64,000 nucleotides of DNA. Source: Candidatus Omnitrophota bacterium. Its GTDB lineage: Bacteria; Omnitrophota; Gorgyraeia; Zapsychrales; Zapsychraceae. The notes beneath the pieces are model-generated. The model saw nothing but the letters and a program-made list of their open reading frames with translations. It ran no database searches and was not told the DNA's origin. Positions 27,201 to 34,116 of the stretch are shown here, in pieces; position 1 is the first letter of the stretch, and every line of letters starts with the position of its first letter. Location of the stretch: positions 8,684-72,683 of the forward strand of contig JADFYE010000007.1 in NCBI GenBank assembly GCA_015233195.1, read 5' to 3'. The position numbers were made by a program, and so were the translations under genes.

Positions 27201-28415
27201 AATCGCTTAAAAGAACTTGCAGAGATTTCTAATAAAATGGGAGTTGTAGCAAATATCACTACAGAAGCTTTAGTTCAAGCTGAAGACGCTGGAACAACAA
27301 AAAGTAGTCCTGGTAAAGCAGTGATTTTTTCAAGAGTTTTTGAGGAGGGAACCACCAGCCCTGCAAAAACAGCCGCGGGTAACGCTACAATAGTATATGA
27401 CACACAAGTTCAAGTGGCTAACAATGGTGCGCCGTCTGCATATAAGTATGTTGCAGGGGCAGGTCAAAGATTAAAGGGAGTATTTAATTCCGTAACAGGC
27501 GCAACTTATTCTTTATTGGATAAAGGCGGGAAGGTTGTTACAGGCATGGGCAAAGGATTAAAAACTCTTGCAGGGGTAAAACAAACTACAGCTGGACCAG
27601 TTACTCCAGAAGTCAGTGCTAGGTTGAATGCTTCTTCTAAGTGGATGAAAGCACTTTTAGCTCAAGCAAGGATTGATATTAATGAAAATAATTTTGCTAA
27701 TGTGGCTTTAGCTGATGCAGTACGGGACAGACCCGAACCTGTAAATGTAGGTAGAACAAATCCTTACGGTATAACGGATGCTGATGTTACCAGATTATTA
27801 ATGGCAGTAGGTTATATGCCGGATCAAGGATTGACTCTCGATGATATGGAAGCTATTGTGCATAATGGCAGTGATGAAGATGCAAGATCTCTTTATGAAA
27901 TTGTTTTTGGTGCGCATGTGGTTTTAGCGGGTAATAGCCTTAAGGTTGTTGAGTCTTTTGGAGAGCAGGGAGCAGTTACATTTGAAACACCTGATATAGT
28001 TGCTGTAGGTAGAGGACTAGTTTTTAGAGAAATTTCTAACCCTGGAAAGTCAAAGAAAGAAATACAGAAAAGAGTTGGTGCGATAACGCCAGCCCAGGTG
28101 AGAGACGCTTTATTGGAGGCTATAAAGGAAGAAAGGGCAAAGCGACCAGCAGATAGAGCTATGTTTATCTTTGGTGAGGAAATTAGTTTTTATCCGCAAG
28201 ATGATCCAGTCGGTGGTATCGACATGGATTCAGCAATGTTGAACTTGCAGATTAAACGCGATCCTAATGGCGTACCATTGCCAATGAATTTCCAGGATCC
28301 GGCAATGATGCAGAATTTAAAAGGTTTGATGCCGGTTATTATGGATATAACTAATATGCCGTCGAGTATGCTGCCGAATTTATCAGCAGCAGGTACAGCG
28401 CCGAATCAGGCATAA
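21252..28415 (+). CDS. Giant exported modular protein, paralog 2 (~2387 aa), function unknown
   Basis: The ATG at 21252 follows aaaggag. The signal peptide is MFRSIYFKSCAITVLIAFLMTTVFQTTGFAQ. It shares the N-module with paralogs 1 and 3 and the C-terminal tail with paralog 1. Confidence 0.85.
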   Translation: MFRSIYFKSCAITVLIAFLMTTVFQTTGFAQVAMYMPAVGTQVMPSAFYEPASAVGMQVDPVNPFHFNFFIDRGQDPLAGEIEKTEYKKLVKYFLAALTIPDKNQWVNLSPYEHNRIVPTDFGDTEMGRDLLAQDYLLKQLTSSLMYPEKEIGKVFWDKIYEKVYAKYGQNAEVPVNTFNKVWITPDKAVVYEDGDKVWIMESHLKIMLEQDYMALDKNKDNSRFGLSANNNTNLSETSTASSQIVREIIVPAIEKEVNTGKNFALLRQVYKSMILSAWFKKRLKDHLLSQVYKDKDKVIGVNLDDKQANEKIYQQYIESFKTGVFDYIKEEYDPASQTVIPRKYFAGGGDFAMLTTDIVNVVTPRSATPAQRATFAEAVKGLDGRIDILSALFTENDREAIAATAKYKKALETVQAVLPPEVIAHLKQSIIDQLAAEDVNFSERQNAIEAALVLAVAQWIDLNNSLHRKDVVVMDKNGKLAVVSTEVLFKNTPAEINIDELTSLVMGGIRFYAHYGDAGLALANNINFVSAIQAMNRVEERVIRLEKETDLSKSEVLISQLEDHYDLFRKYSDLVVKNQEQVENAFAGNKQVIYQSVTIRQMFRSFENNKYDLGRRSGKLFQRIDAYKRTAKSTSRTSTASSTTGTDERTAEQKAMDAWTVAISPILDSKETVTPEKLNQLAAQIADMVWAQLTPDQQTQLPRPELEGKLAAALGQVLDEYQAKPEQKAEVTDLKVLIQKLISILFPQKESEPATKPAVKVVDLIKKLSGFAKAGNMDESDVQLFLGLLDQETFISLFNKYQASAIYDAIKFVMKNLPQVPDEELVKAIVAAIKTKIEPAGKSEEELAAEKAAEQAAAAAQAVKPKLGIWGKLKAAVRNGYANWAAGRQAKAELRMQVKAATVTWKEVARTYHLDYKFESGTAGDKWVDQLMVLSEIQKSGVSRTDLLEVVKITLNDEFMKNRNNLEGSFLYIYNEILLNIKYSILREKVFLQYSEVINDSAENKVEAVADNIIETFKSIGSSLEINKQILIDNIKANIAEQQNTIKSIPENQYDAVYNQGFAELVRPLIEADAAMVVEADEMTDLLVALEQRGIVADEKTIAEIVANMPEVDEQLKDYIGTDILAGWTIIALINGQKESPKPAVTPKPAEVAPSARSLVEGRINKLVGQERVDVFFGYLSQQPTYNLISDHNYSENEIKEVIQALLTAGKEVTVVGVVMQLIRNRQALIPEQFKAFVNGIEQLIPNQYVNRSALLNDFFDTKISPQNKEMLDQLWAAFAAEPEGQQMGLTPEEAKDAVIKILLDPTKTKDFEEMLINFNKFHSEVFAAAKAERAKLPQKSEKLNQLIDNFLAQTKSVKDFIKDNQTLWNDFINELKNYYQGSPVLDIKTASDVVEYILDMDSAPARFKEDFPAFFEAFLKQLKEGVPAVKAARTPEEVFTQGMEDLLIAVQAVEKDRPGNGVIVITASRVKNFLPYYMLTDDNVSTAVVALRKFFTANKAKAKADELEKIKDLKFFSLLGKFDKSEVDVQKQNTVNVVINAIISRMEVIDIVAQKEKWETKDIISERLRSKDQVLSKSAGVELINQIMTYIQEKGMQLTEQEVIDAIKSIFTSAETTEMEGFKTNYLEFYKLVAQQAMKDAAMIVVPENVTEIISLLRQLWDGTNINPSDQDIKDVLESMTMPAGLTQDNDVIVGMLANMFLQAQEAGNQPAGQPSLSNDLDGLQRSVNANSKTWKERMAQVGRWALGATGLGMVVAAVLGAIGFFKNVQPVAPEAEKPAAERTFDVSRSNALKGAIKDGLTGNNAKKAVLDSLKDRYAESGTAFQPAKVDAKAQGIADAQFDILHARNSDPMLGKSYTDVDGKKHEGRNAFKTFLRDAKASGFFANITEAFWDGINGLNEDQQKEFLAEMAAIQGQVKELSDGLIKTFGAELAALQAEGPNKENQQRIQGLKDSIASLKEKNDESPDAIVGKSSEYWLTLNRLKELAEISNKMGVVANITTEALVQAEDAGTTKSSPGKAVIFSRVFEEGTTSPAKTAAGNATIVYDTQVQVANNGAPSAYKYVAGAGQRLKGVFNSVTGATYSLLDKGGKVVTGMGKGLKTLAGVKQTTAGPVTPEVSARLNASSKWMKALLAQARIDINENNFANVALADAVRDRPEPVNVGRTNPYGITDADVTRLLMAVGYMPDQGLTLDDMEAIVHNGSDEDARSLYEIVFGAHVVLAGNSLKVVESFGEQGAVTFETPDIVAVGRGLVFREISNPGKSKKEIQKRVGAITPAQVRDALLEAIKEERAKRPADRAMFIFGEEISFYPQDDPVGGIDMDSAMLNLQIKRDPNGVPLPMNFQDPAMMQNLKGLMPVIMDITNMPSSMLPNLSAAGTAPNQA

Positions 28416-28420
28416 ATTTC

Positions 28421-28447
28421 GTAGGGGCGGGTTTATAACCCGCCCGA
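28421..28447 (+). repeat. GTAG-headed hairpin repeat, family A (intergenic, directly 3' of paralog 2)
   Basis: gtaggggcgggtttataacccgcccga, stem GGGCGGG/CCCGCCC. Confidence 0.75.
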
Positions 28448-28457
28448 TGAAAAACAT

Positions 28458-28496
28458 AATCCCCGTTGAATGATTCTATTCTTCGGGGATTTTTTA
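28458..28496 (+). terminator. Rho-independent terminator
   Basis: aatccccg...cggggatt followed by ttttt. Confidence 0.65.
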
Positions 28497-28510
28497 TTAA
28501 ACATTTTAGG

Positions 28511-28538
28511 TTGACAATATAACCTTTTATGTTATATT
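28511..28538 (+). promoter_or_regulatory. Promoter with embedded inverted repeat (candidate HigA operator)
   Basis: TTGACA-16 nt-TATATT. The inverted repeat TATAAC-N7-GTTATA (28518-28536) spans the spacer and -10. Confidence 0.45.
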
Positions 28539-28552
28539 TAAATCAGCGATAT

Positions 28553-28852
28553 ATGATAGAAAAAGATGATTTTTACAATTTGGAAACTTTTGATATTTAT
28601 AATGGCAAAAGATCAAAAAAGGCACTTAAAACATTGCCGGATAACTTGTGGGTCATTGCGTATCGTAAGTTTACGTTTTTAAATAGGGCGGATAAATTGG
28701 AACAATTGCGTATACCGCCGAATAACAGATTGGAAGCTTTAAAGGGTGAGCGTAAAGGACAGTATAGTATACGAATAAACGATAAATATAGAATGTGTTT
28801 TGAGTGGTATAAAGACCATCCAGCTCGAATTGAAATTGTGGATTATCATTAG
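28553..28852 (+). CDS. higB: Type II toxin HigB (RelE/ParE superfamily, killer-protein type)
   Basis: ...RIPPNNRLEALKGERKGQYSIRINDKYRMCFEWYKD..IEIVDYH. The track start at 28529 lies inside the promoter, so 28553 is preferred. Confidence 0.8.
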   Translation: MIEKDDFYNLETFDIYNGKRSKKALKTLPDNLWVIAYRKFTFLNRADKLEQLRIPPNNRLEALKGERKGQYSIRINDKYRMCFEWYKDHPARIEIVDYH

Positions 28853-28861
28853 GAGAAAAAT

Positions 28862-29179
28862 ATGTTACCAGAATTAAGACCACCAACCCATCCCGGCGAA
28901 ATGCTTTTAAAAGAATTTATGGAGCCGTACGAAATTAGCCAGATGAAAATGGCTGAACTGCTTGAAATTAGTTATAAACATGTGAATGAGTTGGTTAATC
29001 AAAAAGTTCCGTTAAGCGTGGAAGTAGCTAATAGAATTGCTAATTTATTTGGTATGCCGGTAGAGATGTGGGTTGGTTTTCAGGCTGATTGGGACGCGTG
29101 GCATGCGAAATTCAGACCAAGTAAAATAGCCTTGAAATGTTATAAAAAAGGCGAACAATTACACTTAGCACATTCATAA
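28862..29179 (+). CDS. higA: Antitoxin HigA (XRE-type HTH)
   Basis: HPGEMLLKEFMEPYEISQMKMAELLEISYKHVNELVNQK, immediately downstream of higB. Confidence 0.8.
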   Translation: MLPELRPPTHPGEMLLKEFMEPYEISQMKMAELLEISYKHVNELVNQKVPLSVEVANRIANLFGMPVEMWVGFQADWDAWHAKFRPSKIALKCYKKGEQLHLAHS

Positions 29180-29249
29180 CAAATGGCGTCTGATCTCATA
29201 TATACAAAAGTTGTGAGATCTTATACTATTTTTCCTATTTTTTAATCTC

Positions 29250-29981
29250 ATGCAAAAAATAATCCCCAACACAAAATATCTCGGTAAGAATATTCAATGG
29301 TTCGGCGAGGTGTCGTCTACCATGGATATTGTTAAAGCACAGGCTGTATCCGGCGCTGTAGAAGGTTTGGTAATTGGCGCGGATAAACAGACTGCTGGAC
29401 GAGGAAGGTTTAACCGCAAATGGGAATCGCCTTCTAATACAGGACTTTATTTTTCGTTTGTCCTTCGACCGCGTTTATCCTCTAAAGAAATGTTTGTGGT
29501 TACATTTTTATCTTCTCTTGCAGTTTGTGAAGTATGCAGAGAGTTAGGTGTGAATGCTTCAATCAAATGGCCAAATGATGTTTTGATCGAGGGGAAAAAG
29601 GTTTGCGGGATTTTAACTCAAGCGGAATTTAAGAGGATGGATTTAGATTTTTTGGTGGTTGGCGTGGGATTGAATGTTAATACCTTGGAAAAAGATATTC
29701 CTGCCGGGGGATGTTCTTTATTGTCGGTCACTGGTAAGGAGTTTGACCGGGAAGAGGTTTTGGTAAAACTTTTGGATCGGATAGAATTTTGGTATGAGCG
29801 GGTAAAAGTTGAAGGCGTTGCGCCGGTTGTAAATTCGTGGAAAGGGATGTGTGTTACTTTAAATTCTCATGTTACAATAGCTGATTCAAATAAAATTATT
29901 GAAGGGTTAGCAATAGACATTGCGGACGACGGTGGTCTTTTGGTAAAACAAAATAATAATGAAATTATCAAAATTTTGTAA
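29250..29981 (+). CDS. birA: Biotin-[acetyl-CoA-carboxylase] ligase (group I, no HTH)
   Basis: GRGRFNRKWESP motif and KWPNDVLIEGKKVCGIL. Confidence 0.85.
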   Translation: MQKIIPNTKYLGKNIQWFGEVSSTMDIVKAQAVSGAVEGLVIGADKQTAGRGRFNRKWESPSNTGLYFSFVLRPRLSSKEMFVVTFLSSLAVCEVCRELGVNASIKWPNDVLIEGKKVCGILTQAEFKRMDLDFLVVGVGLNVNTLEKDIPAGGCSLLSVTGKEFDREEVLVKLLDRIEFWYERVKVEGVAPVVNSWKGMCVTLNSHVTIADSNKIIEGLAIDIADDGGLLVKQNNNEIIKIL

Positions 29982-29982
29982 T

Positions 29983-30792
29983 ATGGCTACGATAAAAACT
30001 AATCACAAGATTACTTGGAATTATGAGGTCGAAGGGGAAGGTAGGGACCTGCTTTTTATCCATGGCTGGGGCGTTGACCATCGTATTTGGCGGCAGCAGA
30101 CAAAATATTTTTCGGATAAATACCGGGTAATAAGTGTAGATCTCCCCGGACATGGGGCGAGTGATTGGCATAGTGATCTTACTTTATCTGAGATTGCTGA
30201 AGATTTAGTTTTGGTTTTGGAATCTTTATCTTGCCGGGATGTTGACGTAGTTGGTAGTTCTTTGGGCGGGATGGTGGCGCTTAAAAGTTTTGAAATTGAT
30301 CCAGCGATGTTTGGGTCTTTAATTTTTGTCGGATCTCTACCCAGGTTTTCCAAAACTCCGGAGTATCCGTATGGTGTTGACGTCCAGCAGATGCTTAAAG
30401 TTGCCCGTCAATTGCAGATGAATTTTCCAGATGTCTTGCATTCATTTTTTAAATCTATGTTTACGTTGGAAGAACGTCAGTCCCGCAGGTTCAAAATGAT
30501 GGAACGTTTTCGTCAGGAAAGTGGACCGCCAAATGTACACGCTATTACAGAATATCTTGAAATAATTTTTGACGAGGATCTGCGCAGTATTTTAATGTAT
30601 GTTAATGTTCCGGTTGCGTTTTTTTACGGCGCAGGGGATGTTATTTGTCCGCCGGCAGCTATGGATCAGATGAGAAAATTAGTTCCGGCTGCAAAATATC
30701 AATGTTTTGAAAAAGCCGGACATTTTCCGTTTTTAATCGAGGCTGAACCGTTTAATAACGAATTGGAAAGTTTTTTGCGGGTGAGGGAATAG
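29983..30792 (+). CDS. Alpha/beta hydrolase, BioH-like (possible pimeloyl-ACP methyl ester esterase)
   Basis: LLFIHGWGVDHRIWRQQ...VDLPGHGAS...GSSLGGMVAL nucleophile elbow. It is adjacent to birA. The BioH role is inferred from context. Confidence 0.55.
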   Translation: MATIKTNHKITWNYEVEGEGRDLLFIHGWGVDHRIWRQQTKYFSDKYRVISVDLPGHGASDWHSDLTLSEIAEDLVLVLESLSCRDVDVVGSSLGGMVALKSFEIDPAMFGSLIFVGSLPRFSKTPEYPYGVDVQQMLKVARQLQMNFPDVLHSFFKSMFTLEERQSRRFKMMERFRQESGPPNVHAITEYLEIIFDEDLRSILMYVNVPVAFFYGAGDVICPPAAMDQMRKLVPAAKYQCFEKAGHFPFLIEAEPFNNELESFLRVRE

Positions 30793-30795
30793 GTA

Positions 30796-30960
30796 ATGTC
30801 TAAAATAATAAATGATAATAACGCAGTAAATAAAATTTTTAAAAAGCAAAAAAGTTTTGATTGGAATGCTGAGAATAAATTAGCCGAAGAAGATGTTAAG
30901 AGTGGTAAAGTTAAGAAGTTTAAAAAGAAAATAGCTGCGATTAAATGGTTAAAGAAATAA
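30796..30960 (+). CDS. Candidate small basic ORF (54 aa)
   Basis: The ATG lies 4 nt after the previous stop. Translation is MSKIINDNNAVNKIFKKQKSFDWNAENKLAEEDVKSGKVKKFKKKIAAIKWLKK. No homology is recognised. Confidence 0.25.
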   Translation: MSKIINDNNAVNKIFKKQKSFDWNAENKLAEEDVKSGKVKKFKKKIAAIKWLKK

Positions 30961-30967
30961 AAATAAT

Positions 30968-31006
30968 CCCTTCTCCCGCCTCTGGGGAGAAGGTTAGGAT
31001 GAGGGG
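30968..31006 (+). repeat. Hairpin + G-rich tail repeat, family C, copy 1
   Basis: cccttctccc-gcctct-ggggagaagg-ttaggatgagggg. Confidence 0.8.
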
Positions 31007-31081
31007 TTAGTTTTTTAAAAATACGAATTTTATGTTTAATTGAATTAATCATTAATTGGTTTAAAATTATTTAATTTATTT

Positions 31082-31119
31082 CCCCTCACCCTGCCCTCTC
31101 CCCAGAGGCTGGAGAGGGG
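31082..31119 (-). repeat. Family C repeat, copy 2 (inverted relative to copy 1)
   Basis: cccctcaccctgccctctccccagaggctggagagggg. Its reverse complement aligns with copy 1. The two copies bracket a 75-nt AT-rich core. Confidence 0.8.
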
Positions 31120-31188
31120 AATCATTCTTATATTTGACAAAAAGCATAAAACAAGCTATTTTTTACTCTATACTAATTAGGAGCAGTG

Positions 31189-33693
31189 ATGTCATACAAC
31201 ACCAATGAAATTCAAAGAATAGAAGAAAAGTGGCAGAAATTTTGGGACGAGAAGAAAATCTTCAAGTCTGAAATGGATGCTGCAAAAGAGAAATATTATG
31301 TTTTGGAAATGTTCCCATATCCGTCTGGGAAAATCCATATGGGACATGTTCGCAATTATACTATCGCTGATGTGATCGCCCGTTTCCGCATGATGCAAGG
31401 CTATAATGTTCTGCATCCTATGGGCTATGATGCTTTTGGTCAGCCTGCAGAAAATGCGGCAATCAAACGCGGCGTTGATCCTGCAGAGTGGACGTATGGG
31501 TGTATTGATGAGATGACCCACGAGTTGAAACGTATGGGTTTTTCTTATGACTGGGACCGCGGACTTTCAACTTGCGACGCTGAATATTATAAATGGAACC
31601 AATGGATATTTTTGAAAATGTACGAGAAGGGGTTGGCGTATAAAAAAGAATCTCCGGTTAACTGGTGCCCGAGTTGTGATACGACATTGGCGAATGAAGA
31701 AGTAATTAACGGCGCGTGTTGGAGATGTAAAAGTGAAGTTAAACAGAAAGATCTTAGCCAGTGGTATTTAAAAATTACAGATTACAGTGAGCGTTTACTC
31801 GAGGATTTAGATACTTTGAAGCATTGGCCGGAACGTGTTGTAACAATGCAGAAAAATTGGATCGGCAAGAGCTTTGGGGTCGAAATATTTTTTAAAGTTA
31901 AAGATTCAAATGAAGTTATAAAAGTTTTTACGACCAGACCTGACACTATTTTTGGCGCTACTTATGTTGTGTTAGCGCCGGAACATCCTCTAGTAGATAA
32001 ATTTACAACGTCTGCGAATAAGGCTGCGGTTGAGGCTTTTAAAAAACAAGTAGCTGCTCTAAGTAAGAGTGAACGTGTTTCAGGCACAGATGCCTCTTCG
32101 GAGTCTCGGCATGATGCGCCTCTTGCCGGCGCCTCAGGCGTGTTTACCGGCGGCTATGCAATTAACCCAGTTAATAATGAGATCATTCCAATTTGGCTTG
32201 CTGATTATGTATTAATGGAATACGGCACAGGCGCGATCATGGCTGTTCCGACACACGACCAGCGCGATTTCGAATTTGCTAATAAACACCAATTACCAAT
32301 GCGGATTGTTATTCAGGACCCTGCTCGTCCAGATTTAAAAGTTGAGCAAATGGATGCTGCTTATGTTGAAGAAGGTAAGTTAGTTAATTCCGCGCAGTTC
32401 AACGGTATAAATAATGTTGAAGCAATGCGGGCTATAGGCGAGTGGATGGAAAAAACTAATATAGGCAAGACTACAATTCATTGGCGTTTACGGGATTGGC
32501 TGATTTCTCGTCAAAGGTATTGGGGTACGCCGATACCTATGATTTATTGCGATTGTTGTGGGGTCGTGCCTGTTCCTGAAAAAGATTTGCCTGTTGCATT
32601 GCCTGAAAAAATTAAAATTACTGGTCAGGGCGGCAGTCCTCTCGCGTATTGCCAAGATTTTGTGAATGTTAAATGTCCGAAATGCGGTAAGCCTGCTCGT
32701 CGTGAAACTGATACTATGGCTACATTTTTTGATTCGTCTTGGTATTATTTACGCTATTGCTCGGCGCAAGATACGTCGCAGGTGTTTGATAAAAAAGGGG
32801 CAAAATATTGGATGGCAGTTGACCAATATATCGGCGGCATTGAACACGCGATTTTGCATTTGTTGTATTCACGTTTCTTCACCAAATTTTTTAAAGATAT
32901 AGGTTTGGTAAGTGTAGACGAGCCTTTTGTGCGTTTGCTTACTCAAGGCATGGTTTTAAAAGACGGTGAAGTCATGTCTAAATCCCGCGGTAACACGGTT
33001 GACCCGGATACGATAATAGTTAAATACGGAGCTGATCCATTACGGGTTTGTATTTTATTTGCTGCCCCGCCTGAAGACCAGTTAGAGTGGAGCGACGGTG
33101 CGGTAGACGGTTCATGGAAATTTTTGAATCGTTTAGATCGTTTAGTTGAAGATAAATTTAAAGGTGTGAAAGTAAATTATACGATTAAAGATTTATCAGG
33201 TGCGGCTGAAGAATTGGAACGGGAACGCCACGCGACCATTAAAAAAGTTACCAGCGACTTGGAAACTTATAAATTTAATACTGGCGTAAGCGCCATGATG
33301 ATTTTAATTAACGCAATTGAAAAATTTGCTCCGAAAGATGAAATTGAACAAGCAGTATTCGACCAGACTTTAAGATCATTCGTTTTATTGCTTGCGCCGT
33401 ATGCTCCGCATTTATGTGAAGAATTGTGGCAAAAGATGGGCGGTACAGAGGCGAGTATAATTAAAGCTAAATGGCCGCAATATGACGAGTCTGCATTAAA
33501 ACGGTCGGTAGTTGAGGTGGTTGTTCAGATTAATGGTAAGCTCAGGTCTAAAATAGATGTGCCTATAGAATTTACGTCTGATCAAGTCCGCGATCTGGCA
33601 ATGCAAAATGAAATAGTGCATAAGTGGGTCGAAGGCAAACCAATTCGTAAATTTATCTACGTGCCGGAGAAACTTATAAATATTGTTATTTAA
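31189..33693 (+). CDS. leuS: Leucyl-tRNA synthetase
   Basis: HMGH and KMSKS (VMSKSRGN) class I motifs, CP1 editing domain, full length. The ATG at 31189 lies 5 nt after aggag. Confidence 0.95.
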   Translation: MSYNTNEIQRIEEKWQKFWDEKKIFKSEMDAAKEKYYVLEMFPYPSGKIHMGHVRNYTIADVIARFRMMQGYNVLHPMGYDAFGQPAENAAIKRGVDPAEWTYGCIDEMTHELKRMGFSYDWDRGLSTCDAEYYKWNQWIFLKMYEKGLAYKKESPVNWCPSCDTTLANEEVINGACWRCKSEVKQKDLSQWYLKITDYSERLLEDLDTLKHWPERVVTMQKNWIGKSFGVEIFFKVKDSNEVIKVFTTRPDTIFGATYVVLAPEHPLVDKFTTSANKAAVEAFKKQVAALSKSERVSGTDASSESRHDAPLAGASGVFTGGYAINPVNNEIIPIWLADYVLMEYGTGAIMAVPTHDQRDFEFANKHQLPMRIVIQDPARPDLKVEQMDAAYVEEGKLVNSAQFNGINNVEAMRAIGEWMEKTNIGKTTIHWRLRDWLISRQRYWGTPIPMIYCDCCGVVPVPEKDLPVALPEKIKITGQGGSPLAYCQDFVNVKCPKCGKPARRETDTMATFFDSSWYYLRYCSAQDTSQVFDKKGAKYWMAVDQYIGGIEHAILHLLYSRFFTKFFKDIGLVSVDEPFVRLLTQGMVLKDGEVMSKSRGNTVDPDTIIVKYGADPLRVCILFAAPPEDQLEWSDGAVDGSWKFLNRLDRLVEDKFKGVKVNYTIKDLSGAAEELERERHATIKKVTSDLETYKFNTGVSAMMILINAIEKFAPKDEIEQAVFDQTLRSFVLLLAPYAPHLCEELWQKMGGTEASIIKAKWPQYDESALKRSVVEVVVQINGKLRSKIDVPIEFTSDQVRDLAMQNEIVHKWVEGKPIRKFIYVPEKLINIVI

Positions 33694-33735
33694 AGGTTGT
33701 TGCATTATAATTGAAACATCGCAGTTCCTTTTCAA

Positions 33736-33777
33736 CCCCTGTTGATCCTTCCCTGGATCTAATTACAGGGGTTTTTT
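33736..33777 (+). terminator. Rho-independent terminator after leuS
   Basis: cccctgt...acagggg followed by tttttt. The T-tract abuts the comEA ATG. Confidence 0.6.
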
Positions 33778-34116
33778 ATGTTTAGCTTCAACAAGCAGGA
33801 AATTATCACCATAATTGTAATTTGTTCCGTGATTGTAATCGGTTCGATTTTGCGTTTTACGTCTACGCGTTTTCCTCGCCATTGGCAAAAAACTGAGTTA
33901 ATGTCAGGTAATACTTGTTTCGTTAAGGTGAACGTTAACCGCGCCTCTGTCAAAGATTTGGACAATGTTCCCAATTTAGGTTTAAGCACTGCTGGTCGGA
34001 TAATTTCTTATCGTAATAGTCATGGTCCATTCAAAGCAGTTGATGAAATAAAAAATATCCCGCGCGTCCGCGAAAAAGATTTCGCTCTATTCGCAAAATA
34101 TCTAGAGGTTAGGTGA
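33778..34116 (+). CDS. comEA: ComEA-like helix-hairpin-helix DNA-binding protein
   Basis: TM anchor, then VNVNRASVKDLDNVPNLGLSTAGRIISYRNSHGPFKAVDEIKNIPRV. Confidence 0.8.
   Translation: MFSFNKQEIITIIVICSVIVIGSILRFTSTRFPRHWQKTELMSGNTCFVKVNVNRASVKDLDNVPNLGLSTAGRIISYRNSHGPFKAVDEIKNIPRVREKDFALFAKYLEVR

Noticed and set aside
19554-29179. A tRNA-adjacent genomic island comprising tRNA-Leu, the DUF4143 ATPase, giant paralog 2 and higBA.
   Set aside because: There is no integrase or recombinase. I could not find a direct repeat of the tRNA-Leu 3' end downstream (I checked 28416-28552 and 29180-29249 by eye). The composition also looks like the rest of the window.
30699-31052. A 117-aa minus-strand ORF, and 47086-47403(-), containing peptides like LTPHPNLLPRGGRRD or TLTLSPKAGEGT.
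   Set aside because: These are translations of family C repeats plus AT-rich spacer. There is no SD or homology, so they are repeat-driven ORFs.
31007-31188. A T-box leader upstream of leuS.
   Set aside because: There is no recognisable T-box consensus (AAnnnGGGTGGnACCGCG-like) or specifier-loop architecture. The region is occupied by the inverted family C repeats.
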